DNA of 64,000 bases from Cyanidioschyzon merolae (Eukaryota), in NCBI GenBank assembly GCA_000091205.1, contig AP006498.2. The stretch is one strand, 5' to 3'. Made by a program: the position numbers and the translations under genes. Numbering within the stretch: position 1 is the first letter of the stretch; each line of letters starts with the position of its first letter. The notes under the pieces are model-generated. The model saw only the letters and a list, made by a program, of their open reading frames with translations, searched no databases and was not told where the DNA came from. Shown here piece by piece: positions 11,198 to 21,017 of this stretch.

Positions 11198-11595
11198 GCT
11201 ATCCGGTGTCGTGGCGATTCAAAGGTTTCGACCGCTCTGTGTTAGCCAACGGGTAAAACGTAAACAATCTGAGGGATCAATGGAAAATCCCACTCTAAGG
11301 TTCACGGAGCAGTGACCTGCTCGAACCTCGAACGCCAGGCAGAAGCTACATAAGCACAAGGCCACGGGACGAAGAAGCGCTGCCCAGACCCGCGTGTACT
11401 TCCGACAGCCAGCGCTCGCGTACAGATCCAAGACTTTTTCATAGAACCATACGTCAAACTAGTGTTATTCTAGAGACGTGCCGTTAGCATTGGCAACGCT
11501 TGGTGGAGCGCTAGCGTGCGCTTGTATTGTATGGACGGCAAATGGACTGGAGTGTATTCGGGTGCGGGGTACACGCGCGAACGACGTTGCTTGCG

Positions 11596-11930
11596 CAGAC
11601 AATCAGAATGTCCGTCTCGTTCTATAAACTACTGGTATGAACGTCTCTGCGAGTCGCTTGTCGTCAGGATGTCCGTCTCTTTCCATAAAATACAGGTATG
11701 GCAAGTTTCTACTTGCCGCTTGTCGTCAGAATGTCCGTCTCTTTCCATAAAATACAGGTATGGCAAGTTTCTACTTGCCGCTTGTCGTCAGAATGTCCGT
11801 CTCTTTCCATAAAATACAGGTATGGCAAGTTTCTACTTGCCGCTTGTCGTCAGAATGTCCGTCTCTTTCCATAAAATACAGGTATGGCAAGTTTCTACTT
11901 GCCGCTTGTCGTCAGAATGTCCGTTTATTC
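11596..11930. repeat. tandem minisatellite, 5.3 copies of a 61-62-bp unit GTCCGTCTCTTTCCATAAAATACAGGTATGGCAAGTTTCTACTTGCCGCTTGTCGTCAGAAT; first unit diverged in its middle
   Basis: units start at 11610, 11671, 11733, 11795, 11857 with partial copies at both flanks; copies 2-5 identical; each unit contains a perfect 7-bp stem / 4-nt loop hairpin GGCAAGT-TTCT-ACTTGCC. Confidence 0.9.
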
Positions 11931-12421
11931 AAGCAAATTTCATATATGCATCATTTCGAGGAGTCGGTGAAATCGTCCGTTGTTCGCCGCGCACGCATCC
12001 TGGCGTTCGGGATGCGCGCGGCGTTCGCGCAATCTTCGGACGGCTCATGTTATGATCGAGTTTCCCCGCTGATGTTCCGGAACAAGTAGTCAGATGTTTC
12101 CCATCCCTACCACTGGACCACGTCAAATCAAATGTACTCGTTTATACAGCATAATTTTGATCAAGTTCCATGACATGTGAAACGCAAACTGAGCCGCGTA
12201 CGCTTCTTGGTTCCGAGGCCTCTGGTATCTATCGGTCCGTGCTGAGCAGCTCACAAGCACATGAAGACCAGTTTCGGTTCGTCGACGCTGTACCGCGTCA
12301 TGCGGCGGGGCGCGATAGCGCTTCTAGTTCAGCCCTGCAATGAGGTCGGCCTAGCACTTCACGGTTCTTGGGCGTTCTTGGGCATGATTTAAATATTTAC
12401 GCGACAAATCTAGACGACTCG

Positions 12422-13690
12422 CTAGGCCTGCGCGTTTGCCTGCTTGTCTAGCGGTTTCCGGGCGACAATAAAAAACGAGGGTGTAAAAATTCCCAGCTTT
12501 CCGGCCGCGATAAGGTCTCTAGCTCCATCCATGAGCGTTCGACTCATTTTCGCGCTGCCTCTAGGCGCGATGCGCACCGTCTCCAGTGCGGAGACCAGCG
12601 CGTGCGTCATATAGTGCCCCAAACGCGTGTGGCGAAAGCCGCTCCAATGGAAAGCGTTTTCACCACTCAGTGGCGTGTACCAGGGCTTGATGCTGAGCGT
12701 CGTGGCATCGTAGGCGTCCTCGATTTGAAACCCAACTTGTCGCATAGCGTTGACGATTTCTTCTGTTTTCATCAAATCCGGAATGCCGTTCCCGATCTCG
12801 ATACCAAACTTGAGCCGCTGGTGTTCCGAAGCAGCGGCATCGAAGCGATCCGTAAGCGCCCATTCGTAACCGACAAAACGAGCGCCTGGCTTCAGGACCC
12901 GGAAGACTTCACCGTAGGTTTTCAGCTTGTCGGGACTGTGACAGGTGGCTTCGATCTGATACGCACCGTCTTTTGAATTTTCTTCAAAGGGAAGGTTATT
13001 AAAGTCGGCTTTGATTATCGTGCACTGATCCATGAGACCATCGTCCTCGATATACCGAAGGCCACGAAGAATCTGGTAGTCACAGATATTCACGCCGACA
13101 ATCTGGCAGCGTGCGAAGCGAGCAATATTCCGAAGCGGGCCTCCGACTCCACAGCCAAGGTCAATCACCGCAGCCCCAGGGTCCAGCTTGAGCCGTAGAG
13201 CAATCGTGTACTCGTATCGGCGCGTGGCTTCCCGAAACGTCTCATCTGGCCCGTAGACTGCAAAGTGGAAGCTTGGACCCCAACCCCACTCGTAAAAGTC
13301 TGTTGCAATATCGTACATGCCGTTGCTTAACTCTTTATAGCGGCGTTTGCGCAGCGCGATATCCTCTGCGGAGCCAGAGCCGCGCGCAAACAAGGTCAGG
13401 TACTCTCTAAGCTCCTCCTCAGTAGATTTTCCAGTCGTTTTCGTGTGCCCTCTGCGACCTACAACTGGCAGGAAACGGAACAAGAACTCCCAAAAGTTCG
13501 CCGCAGCGTCCGCGCTCTTCGCCGTAGCCAGCTGCCAAAGGCCGCCGTCCTTTCGAATGGGCACCTTTAGCAACGTGAACCGGCGGTTTCTCGCGCTTTG
13601 GCGAGCACCTGTCCCTTTCCTAATGCTCTCGCGTGCTCCAGGTGTACTGTCCTTTGTTCTCTTGGTCATTTTCGTACGTAGCGCTACCAA
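12422..13690 (-). CDS. SMT1: sterol 24-C-methyltransferase (SMT1/ERG6 family, SAM-dependent)
   Basis: 422-aa ORF; YEYTIALRLKLDPGAAVIDLGCGVGGPLRNIARFARCQIVGVNICDYQI (SAM motif I LDxGCGxGGP), YQIEATCHSPDKLKTYGEVFRVLKPGARFVGYEW and C-terminal sterol-MT region; N-terminal about 60 aa are Arg/Lys-rich and may not be translated. Confidence 0.8.
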   Translation of the reverse strand: MVALRTKMTKRTKDSTPGARESIRKGTGARQSARNRRFTLLKVPIRKDGGLWQLATAKSADAAANFWEFLFRFLPVVGRRGHTKTTGKSTEEELREYLTLFARGSGSAEDIALRKRRYKELSNGMYDIATDFYEWGWGPSFHFAVYGPDETFREATRRYEYTIALRLKLDPGAAVIDLGCGVGGPLRNIARFARCQIVGVNICDYQILRGLRYIEDDGLMDQCTIIKADFNNLPFEENSKDGAYQIEATCHSPDKLKTYGEVFRVLKPGARFVGYEWALTDRFDAAASEHQRLKFGIEIGNGIPDLMKTEEIVNAMRQVGFQIEDAYDATTLSIKPWYTPLSGENAFHWSGFRHTRLGHYMTHALVSALETVRIAPRGSAKMSRTLMDGARDLIAAGKLGIFTPSFFIVARKPLDKQANAQA

Positions 13691-13829
13691 CGCGAAGCCC
13701 TGCAGCGCTGTGGGCCACGCCGCACAGAGCGCCTATTGGTGTGCGCCGCTCGCTCAAATCCTGCTCCGCCGATCGCTCTATCAACGTCTGGCGTACAAGC
13801 AACGTCCCAAGTTGATCCATCCATCTATG

Positions 13830-15300
13830 TATTTATACTCAGCAAAACGGATATCTTTCTAGGACCATAGAGTGTGTATAGAAACCTACTGACAGACGCC
13901 CCGTAGCATCAATGGACCCATGGGCTGCAATCAGCTTAAGTTTATACCTGCACACTTCGTGCATCAAAGGCTGCGTCGCAAAATTCACTCGTGTCTGCTC
14001 CGCGAGTCTCGTCTTCAGCACCGCTTTCCGTCTGACATTGATGGCGGTGTAAAAGTCCCAGTTCACGAATTCCATGCGTTTATCGCCTCTGGTGAAACGG
14101 ACGTATGCAAGGATGCCTCGAAATCATACCCTCCGTGCCACTAGTCTCGTGGATCTCTCCTCTTCTTCCTCACCTACTCTTCTTCGCACGACGGTCGGCG
14201 AGAAAAGGATCTTTTTCGTTATTTTTCCGGGAGCCGGCGACACCGGGCCTCCAGTATCCTCGATTTCCATGTACATAACTTTTCCTTGATTCTTTTATTT
14301 CTTCAAATAAATGCAGTTCTTTGTGCCCGTAGATAAGGAACTTCCCGGAGGGAGTGGGACTTGCGGAAGAGAGCCGAAACGTGTCCCGGTGTGTCATTGT
14401 GTGCCGAACGCTTTCGTGATTCGCCCAGTGGAGTGATCGTCACGTTTCACGATACAAAACGCTCCTTCGATGTGGTTGAGTCAAGTCGCGTACTGAGGAG
14501 TGAAAGGCGGCTCTACTCCGATAGAATCGGCAATAGCTCGAACACATGGGTAATGGTGAAATGCAACGTCGTCGAATGGACGGACGTCACCAGACTTCAG
14601 CGAGAAGTCTTCAATGATTCGACGAACTGTGTTCTGTTGTATATGCCTTCCCCAGGAGCGAAACGGAGACCTCCAAATGAGTCCACATCAGCAAGAACAG
14701 ATGATGTCCTCGTTCTGTTGGGGATCGATCGGACATACGACGATCCGCCCCTCCGCGAATACCCATGTACCATCCGACAGTTTCATCCGAATCAAGTCTC
14801 ATTGACTCAAAAAACAAACCAAAGTCCCTGTGCTTCACATCGATCGTGGCGTTCCAGGAACGCTGTAGGTGCAAATTCTGTGGAAGATGGCGGTGATTGA
14901 ACTAGGACTCTTTTTTGCGATTAGATTCCAGTGATCTCAGGATCCGCACCATCAAGCTGTTGAGAATCAGAGATGCCGGTTGCGGCTACTATGGTCGCTT
15001 TTGTTGCTCGTAAGTAGTTCATGTTGAAACCATTGACCGAAAGCAGTATCTGATATTACCATTTTTTGGCGCGGAGCGCAGATACTTGTTTCACTCAGTA
15101 TTCCTCAAGCATTTGAGTACTGTGTCAAGACTCACCTGAAGGAAGAATGTTGTCCTTCTTGCACGATTCAGTAAAGAATATATCCTGCAAACAAGTCGTC
15201 GACGATGCATACGGCATGTAGCATCATGATGTCGATCTACTGCTACACACTGAGAAGGAGCATTCGATGACACAGACACCAGAGATGGAACGTAACTGAG
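13830..15300 (-). mobile_element. decayed Fanzor (TnpB-like) element copy with multiple frameshifts/stops; 3' tail (right end) at about 13830
   Basis: minus-strand peptides MEFVNWDFYTAINVRRKAVLKTRLAEQTRVNFATQPLM (RuvC-III region and conserved tail), KSYVHGNRGYW (compare [11 protein letters not shown] of the intact copy) and ETVGWYMGIRGG (RuvC-I region); nucleotide homology of about 70-80% with 44160-45600 along about 1.4 kb. Confidence 0.6.
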
Positions 15301-15612
15301 ATGAAAGACGATAACACCGTATTCGATACAGAACTATAACATAAGGGTCAATGTGGACACATTTTCTAAGTGACCTACATGAACTCTGGGGCTGTCGCCT
15401 AACTTTCATAACCGCAAACTCTTCGCGTGGTTTCCAGTGCTCGCTGCTGCGTCTCCACCACACTGCCCTGTAACCTAGTAGTTGCAGTGGAGGCTGCCGG
15501 TGTGGAGAAGCAAACGGGCTGTATACCGTGAACGTGACAGCGAGCGGCGAGTCTTCCTAGAACGTTCCTGTTCGCTGGCCGGGAGTGTAAACCTGCACCG
15601 GGCCTCGCCATC

Positions 15613-17028
15613 ATGTGGTGGAGCGCACTTTCGCGAGCAGCACAGCAGCGAAGCTGTTCGCTGTGGACGCCACTTGCGTGGCATTGGCGTCAGCGCTTCG
15701 ATAAAAAATTGGACCTGAGTTCGCGCTCTGCGAGCACAGACGTCGGGGCCATCATCGGCAACAACGAGAGTATACAACGCAAGCTTGCTGTCGATCCGAC
15801 TCGTCCGCGCGTTCGGAAACGCAAACCAACAACGCCGTCAAACCGTGCTACCGCTTTGATCGACTTTTCAGTGCTTTACCGAGGTCCTCCAGTCAAGCGA
15901 CTTACCGGGGGACTGCGGCGTTCCACCGGGGGGCGGAATAACCAAGGCCGCACGACTGTCTGGCACCGGGGCGGTGGACACCGACGCCTCTACCGGATTC
16001 TCGACTTGCATCGACGTCAGTACGCAGGATTGCCGGGCTGTGTTGAACGTGTAGAGTATGATCCAAACCGCAGTGGCCTCATTGCTCTACTGAGATATAC
16101 GCTGCCCGAGAAGGACGCGTCATCGGATACGACGACGACGACGTCGTCGTCATCAACGACGGTGTTTAGCGATCTGTATCGAAACCTTGCCAACGCACTA
16201 CAAGGAGCGACGACACCGCTGCCAACGTCGCCTTCTCCGGAGCCGAGACTTGTGTATCTTCCTTACGAGGTAGCGAAATCCGGGGCAGGCACGTCAGTAT
16301 CGGAGACTGGTACCAGTGCCCCGGCGACGATCACGGCAAATTCGTCAACGAATGCCTCGACGGCTTTGCCCAGCAGTGACGCCCCTGTGGAGCCATCGCG
16401 ACGCCCTGAACCAACAGTTCACATGGAAACCATTCGATCGAATGTGCGAGTTCTGAAAAGGCGCTCCGGATCCAGCCCCAAAACCCATCTATCGTACATT
16501 CTATGCCCGCAGGGTATTCGAATCGGGGACTTGCTGCTTTCTCGCACAGATGGCCCCGTAGAACCGAAACCGGGGAATGCGTGCCCCCTGCGTTACTTGC
16601 CCATCGGTACCACGGTACACAATATCGAAATGCGACCCCGCTCTGGAGGGCAACTCTGCCGCGCCGCCGGCACCAGTGCTCAGTTGCTCGAAAAGGACGA
16701 AAAGCGCAAACGAGCTTTATTAAGATTGCAGAGTCGTGAGGTGCGCTACATCCACTTGGACTGTATGGCCACAGTAGGCGCGGTGAGTAATCCAGAGCAT
16801 CGCAACCAATCGATTGGCAAAGCAGGTCGAAGTCGCTGGCTAGGCCGTCGACCAGTGACGCGCGGTGTCGCCATGAATCCGGTGGATCACCCGCACGGCG
16901 GCGGCGAGGGCAAGACCAGTGGCGGGCGACCGTCAGTGACCCCGTGGGGAAAACCAACCAAAGGGTATCGGACCGTGCGAAAGCCACGCGGTGCGAATTT
17001 CATCGTACGAAGGCGTTTCAAAGAGTGA
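15613..17028 (+). CDS. organellar (bacterial-type) ribosomal protein uL2, nuclear-encoded, with N-terminal extension and an internal low-complexity insertion of about 120 aa
   Basis: GRNNQGRTTVWHRGGGHRRLYRILD, VEYDPNRSGLIALL, PIGTTVHNIEMRPRSGGQLCRAAGTSAQLL, MNPVDHPHGGGEGKTSGGRPSVTPWGKPTKGYRTVRK and FIVRRR match uL2 signature segments in order; insert TTTTTSSSSTT...PSRRPEP between N- and C-domains. Confidence 0.8.
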   Translation: MWWSALSRAAQQRSCSLWTPLAWHWRQRFDKKLDLSSRSASTDVGAIIGNNESIQRKLAVDPTRPRVRKRKPTTPSNRATALIDFSVLYRGPPVKRLTGGLRRSTGGRNNQGRTTVWHRGGGHRRLYRILDLHRRQYAGLPGCVERVEYDPNRSGLIALLRYTLPEKDASSDTTTTTSSSSTTVFSDLYRNLANALQGATTPLPTSPSPEPRLVYLPYEVAKSGAGTSVSETGTSAPATITANSSTNASTALPSSDAPVEPSRRPEPTVHMETIRSNVRVLKRRSGSSPKTHLSYILCPQGIRIGDLLLSRTDGPVEPKPGNACPLRYLPIGTTVHNIEMRPRSGGQLCRAAGTSAQLLEKDEKRKRALLRLQSREVRYIHLDCMATVGAVSNPEHRNQSIGKAGRSRWLGRRPVTRGVAMNPVDHPHGGGEGKTSGGRPSVTPWGKPTKGYRTVRKPRGANFIVRRRFKE

Positions 17029-17672
17029 CTGTGCACGAGCGGGAAAGCGGCGACGTATCGCGCGTACTGGAGTGGATGGCGACTCCCGGACCCTCGCCGC
17101 AGAGGTGCACCCGCAACGGCTTCCGATACGATGGTCTGGTACGCGCGGGACCGTTCGACATTCTTGGATGCTGCTTGGCGTGGATCGAACGCTCAACCAT
17201 TTGTACCGTACTGAAGCGGTGACACCAGCTTGACGGCACGTATATGAGGCTACGTCTGGCAAGCACGTTATGCTCGGTAAACATCTCGACGCTTTTTCCG
17301 GCTAGACATTACACTGAGCAAAGTGAAACACAACGCTTAGGAGAACAAACTCGTTTAAACGTACTCCACTGGATTACCGCGATGCGTTGGCTGGCATCCA
17401 AGCCGGGTGTTCAGCCTCAAGGGCGCACGCTCGCCTGACACCCGCCTTTGATGCCGGCAGATGGTCGCCGTCGGCTCCCCGGTACGCTGAGGCTCGAACA
17501 CTTCTCCAGTGCCTCTATGCTTCTGATTTTCCTATCCTAAATGCATTAAAAAATGGTCTGTTTGCCTCGACTAGATACGAAGCACGACTGAGAACGGTTT
17601 TGTCGGGCGCACAAGGTTGCTCCCGCGGGCGGAAGCCACGTCAGTCGTAGGCTCGCGCACCTACCTCCACAT

Positions 17673-17999
17673 CTACTGAACCTCCGAGCCAAAGGATGAC
17701 CCTGCTAACGAGTCCACTTTGGCAATGTACTGACGCATGGCATCGTCAGCACTCATGCCTTTCAGGGAGTTCCAGGCTTCCCATTTGGCGCGTTCCTTGG
17801 GGTTAAGTATTCCCGGCTTTCCAGTGTTGCAGTCTCCGACCTTTGCCTGCTTGAAGCGACCATAGAGATACTTTTGATCATCCTGTGAAACAGATGACAG
17901 TGTTTTCACGTGTTCCGCAGCTTTGTCGAATACCTGTTTAAGGTTGCTCATACTCGTCACGAAACGCGAGCACAATACGCACAGCTCCGAGTCGGGCAT
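17673..17999 (-). CDS. ACBP: acyl-CoA-binding protein (ACBP/diazepam-binding-inhibitor family)
   Basis: 108-aa ORF; FDKAAEHVKTL, KYLYGRFKQAKVGDCNTGKPGILNPKERAKWEAWNSLKGMSADDAMRQYI match the ACBP fold signature (KQAxxGD, KWDAW). Confidence 0.8.
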   Translation of the reverse strand: MPDSELCVLCSRFVTSMSNLKQVFDKAAEHVKTLSSVSQDDQKYLYGRFKQAKVGDCNTGKPGILNPKERAKWEAWNSLKGMSADDAMRQYIAKVDSLAGSSFGSEVQ

Positions 18000-18100
18000 C
18001 TGGCAGTGCAGGTGCTCTCGACGGGGGTATCTGGCGCGGCAGTCGCGATCCGCGGCGCTTTCGTTTGTGACGCTCGGCGATCAATTCGTGACAGCACGAC

Positions 18101-18101
18101 G

Positions 18102-18133
<32 letters not shown>
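18101..18133. repeat. (TGCG)8 tetranucleotide microsatellite
   Basis: gtgcgtgcgtgcgtgcgtgcgtgcgtgcgtgcg read directly; lies in the 5' flank of ACBP. Confidence 0.9.
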
Positions 18134-18139
18134 GCAGCG

Positions 18140-18280
18140 GCTGGAATGCGCACCTAATCGGAGAACGCTGGCCCAAGTAAACGTTTTGTCAATGAAAAAA
18201 AAGCTGGAATGCGCACCTAATCGGAGAACGCTGGCCCAAGTAAACGTTTTGTCAATGAAAAAAAAAGCTGGAATGCGCAG
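18140..18280. repeat. direct tandem duplication, 2.2 copies of a 63-64-bp unit GCTGGAATGCGCACCTAATCGGAGAACGCTGGCCCAAGTAAACGTTTTGTCAATGAAAAAAAA
   Basis: unit starts at 18140, 18203, 18267 (third truncated); about 150-300 bp upstream of the ACBP start codon. Confidence 0.85.
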
Positions 18281-19133
18281 GCGCTCTGCATTCGCCAAAT
18301 GCGATCGTGCGGTGCCTGCTTCCGCTGCTGCTTCTCGCGCATTCGGGCCCTGGGCAGTGCCTCGTACATTCGTCGATACTGTACCACACGAGTCGATCCG
18401 GCTGCATCAGAGAGCAGCAGCTTTAGCGGGATACGAGTTTTGGTCGAAGGTAGGTCGTTTAGATTCAAGGAGCTCATGATGTGGAGTTTTGAAGTGAATA
18501 GCGCCCGCGACATCACCCGAGTCGATGCAATCTGCTTTCGCTGATGCGGGAGACGGAGTATTTCCGATCACAAAACGTTTACGTTGACCATGTATCCCAG
18601 ATTGCGGAGTGGTTACTGGTTTTCGGGAAAGCGTTCATTATAACGCAACCTACCTTCAAGTTCTATGGCCTGTTCTCAGATATTCTGGTCGTTTTGTTCG
18701 TTCTATTATGCGCCGAGTTCCTGTCTTACTGCACCCGCCGTGGCGCTTATGCCGTTGAGGCAGATGCTTCACGGAGCTGAATAGCATTGCCATATCACTA
18801 GCGGCTTCGGTTCGAGGCATGATTCATTCGACATGGAGTCGGGCTATATGATTATCCTGGGAGCCTGCAAGCTGCGCAAACAGGCCGACAGTCTGCGACA
18901 GCGTGAAGCGATAAGCTGGGAGTCCATTGCGACCAGGGCGACGCCCAGATGTAGCGTTCCAGTCCCAGTTCCAGAATGAACTGCATTGCGGGCGAGTTGC
19001 TTGGATCTCCCTACAGCTTTAGCTACTGAGGGGTGAATGAAGCACGAGCCTAGGGGACATTCTTGGACATATCAAGGATCCGTACGAGCAGGAATTTCGA
19101 GAGGCCATCAGAAACCGTTTCGCGTCCCACTCC

Positions 19134-21017
19134 ATGAGTATTAAAAAGGCTTCTTCAGAACTAATGCATATGGTGAAGGAGATTTATCGCGACATGACTG
19201 ACATCATAACAGTGGAGGTTCCGGAAGAATTTTGGAACAGGAACTTTATTCGTCACCTGATGCCTGGCACATGGGAAACGTCAAAGAGAGATGAACTCGT
19301 GCGTGCGTTCCACGAGGGTCGCGCCGAATTCCGCTTCAAGGGTACTCGATACAGGGGCGATAGGGATATTTACGACTATGGGGCTATGAAGTATCTCACG
19401 AACCTGAAGAACCATTTGACAACCAACCTCGAACGTTTCATAATAAGAGCCGTATTTGCGCTCTGCCCGGGCATCTCTCGCAAAGGGATATGGGCGATTA
19501 TCAATGACATCACGAACGATCGCAAGCATGAAGATGGGGTCGAATTCGTCGACAAGAAGGAGTCAAACGAGAGCACGAATGAAGCTTCTGTGATCCGTGC
19601 GGTTGTACAAGAGCACCGTGCAGTCGTGGGGCTGGCGAATCCGCCAGAAAAGATATCAGAGTTGAAAAAAGATAAGGAAAGATACGATCGCCTCGTCCTG
19701 CGCTATTTCCTGTTTTTGGACCGAGAACTCGAACGCAAGGCGGAGATGAAACTGAGTGAGGAAAGCAATGAAGAGTGGGAGAGACAGAAGGCTTTCCTAG
19801 TGGGTAAGCGCTTCAATGGCGTTCTGTTGTGCAACATAAAGTCACATTTCGTGAGTATCGACTCCGGAGTCCTCTAAGGCATCATGAAGGAGATCTGTCC
19901 GGAGTTCGATGTCAGCAGGGAGGAATTCACCGGCGAAACCCGTCCGACGTACTGGAAGAGTATCTTCGATTTCAAACGTCTCAAAGTGAGCAGGCAAAAG
20001 TTGTTCACTGGGATAATCGAAACCGATGGAGTAGCCATGTCTGTAAACTATCGGCTGTTGAAGAAAGATCGTCCAGTTCCGCCCTCGGCTTCGCCAGTGA
20101 CGAAGGATGAAGAAAAGGAGGAGGCCGGTCCTGCGACACAGGATGTGCAGGATAACGACCTTGTCGTTGGCGCGGCGAAGGATGAAGATGAGGAGGAGGC
20201 GGGTCCTGCGACGCACAAAGTGCAAGATAACGACTTTGCCGTTGGCGCGGACCCCGGAAACACAAATATCATCACCATGGCAGTACCCAAGCGTGTGGAA
20301 GATGGCGCTGACGGCAACTTACGTCAGAAAGACATGCGTTTGTTGAGATTCTCGAGAGCGAGACACTATCGAGAATCGGGAATCATGAATGCGAGGAAGA
20401 AAATCGAGACTTGGAATGCTGGAATAAAGGACCACTTGGAAGCTATGAGCGAGGTGACGAGCCGAGGAGCGGGCTTTCAAGCTTTCCGGAAATTTATGAA
20501 AGTTCGCGTTGCTCACTGGGATGCGCTGTGGGAAGAATATACAAAGCCTCGGTGGGCTCGTCTGCGTATGAATCTATACTGTGGGAAGCAGCGGGCGTTC
20601 GCGAACTTTTTCAATCAGTTGAGCGCCCTGAAGGAGGATGAAAGTCAGAGGCTCGTCGTAGCATACGGAGCAGGGCGCTGGAAGACCCAAAAAGGGTGTA
20701 CGCCAGCTCCAACTACAAGAACGTACAAGGAGTGTGCACGGCGTTTCGTTACGATACCTGTAGATGAGTTTCGAACATCGTATACACACCACGAGCTGGG
20801 TTGTACACTTCAGAGAGTGGAGATGGAAAAGTGCCAGAGGAGCCCTGAGGAAATCGCAAAGTACGCACCGCTGACGGAGAAGCAAATGGAAAGGATGGCG
20901 AAAGGTCGACGACTACTTGCATTAGTAAGTACAACCAATGATAGCAAGAAACGTATGGAGTTCGTGAACCGAAACTTTAACGCCGCTATCAATATAAGGA
21001 GATGTGTGGCGCTGTAG
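19134..21017 (+). CDS. Fanzor-like RuvC nuclease (TnpB homolog); two track ORFs (19134..19877 and 19884..21017) are in the same frame and separated only by one TAA
   Basis: Ruv[19 protein letters not shown] (GxDPG with catalytic Asp), Cys/His cluster [20 protein letters not shown], Ruv[22 protein letters not shown] at the C-terminus (TnpB/Cas12 RDxNAAxNI class); total about 625-660 aa; in-frame extension upstream to 19041. Confidence 0.7.
20118..20264 (+). repeat. internal tandem duplication (2 x about 72 bp) within the Fanzor ORF immediately N-terminal to and including RuvC-I
   Basis: [24 protein letters not shown] / [24 protein letters not shown]; DNA units gaggaggccggtcctgcgacacaggatgtgcaggataacgaccttgtcgttggcgcgg... 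and gaggaggaggcgggtcctgcgacgcacaaagtgcaagataacgactttgccgttggcgcgg... Confidence 0.75.

Noticed and set aside
11596-11930. 62-bp tandem array considered as a CRISPR-like or guide array
   Set aside because: Units are contiguous and identical, with no unique spacers between repeats; not adjacent to the Fanzor gene (8 kb away). Treated as a minisatellite with a hairpin.
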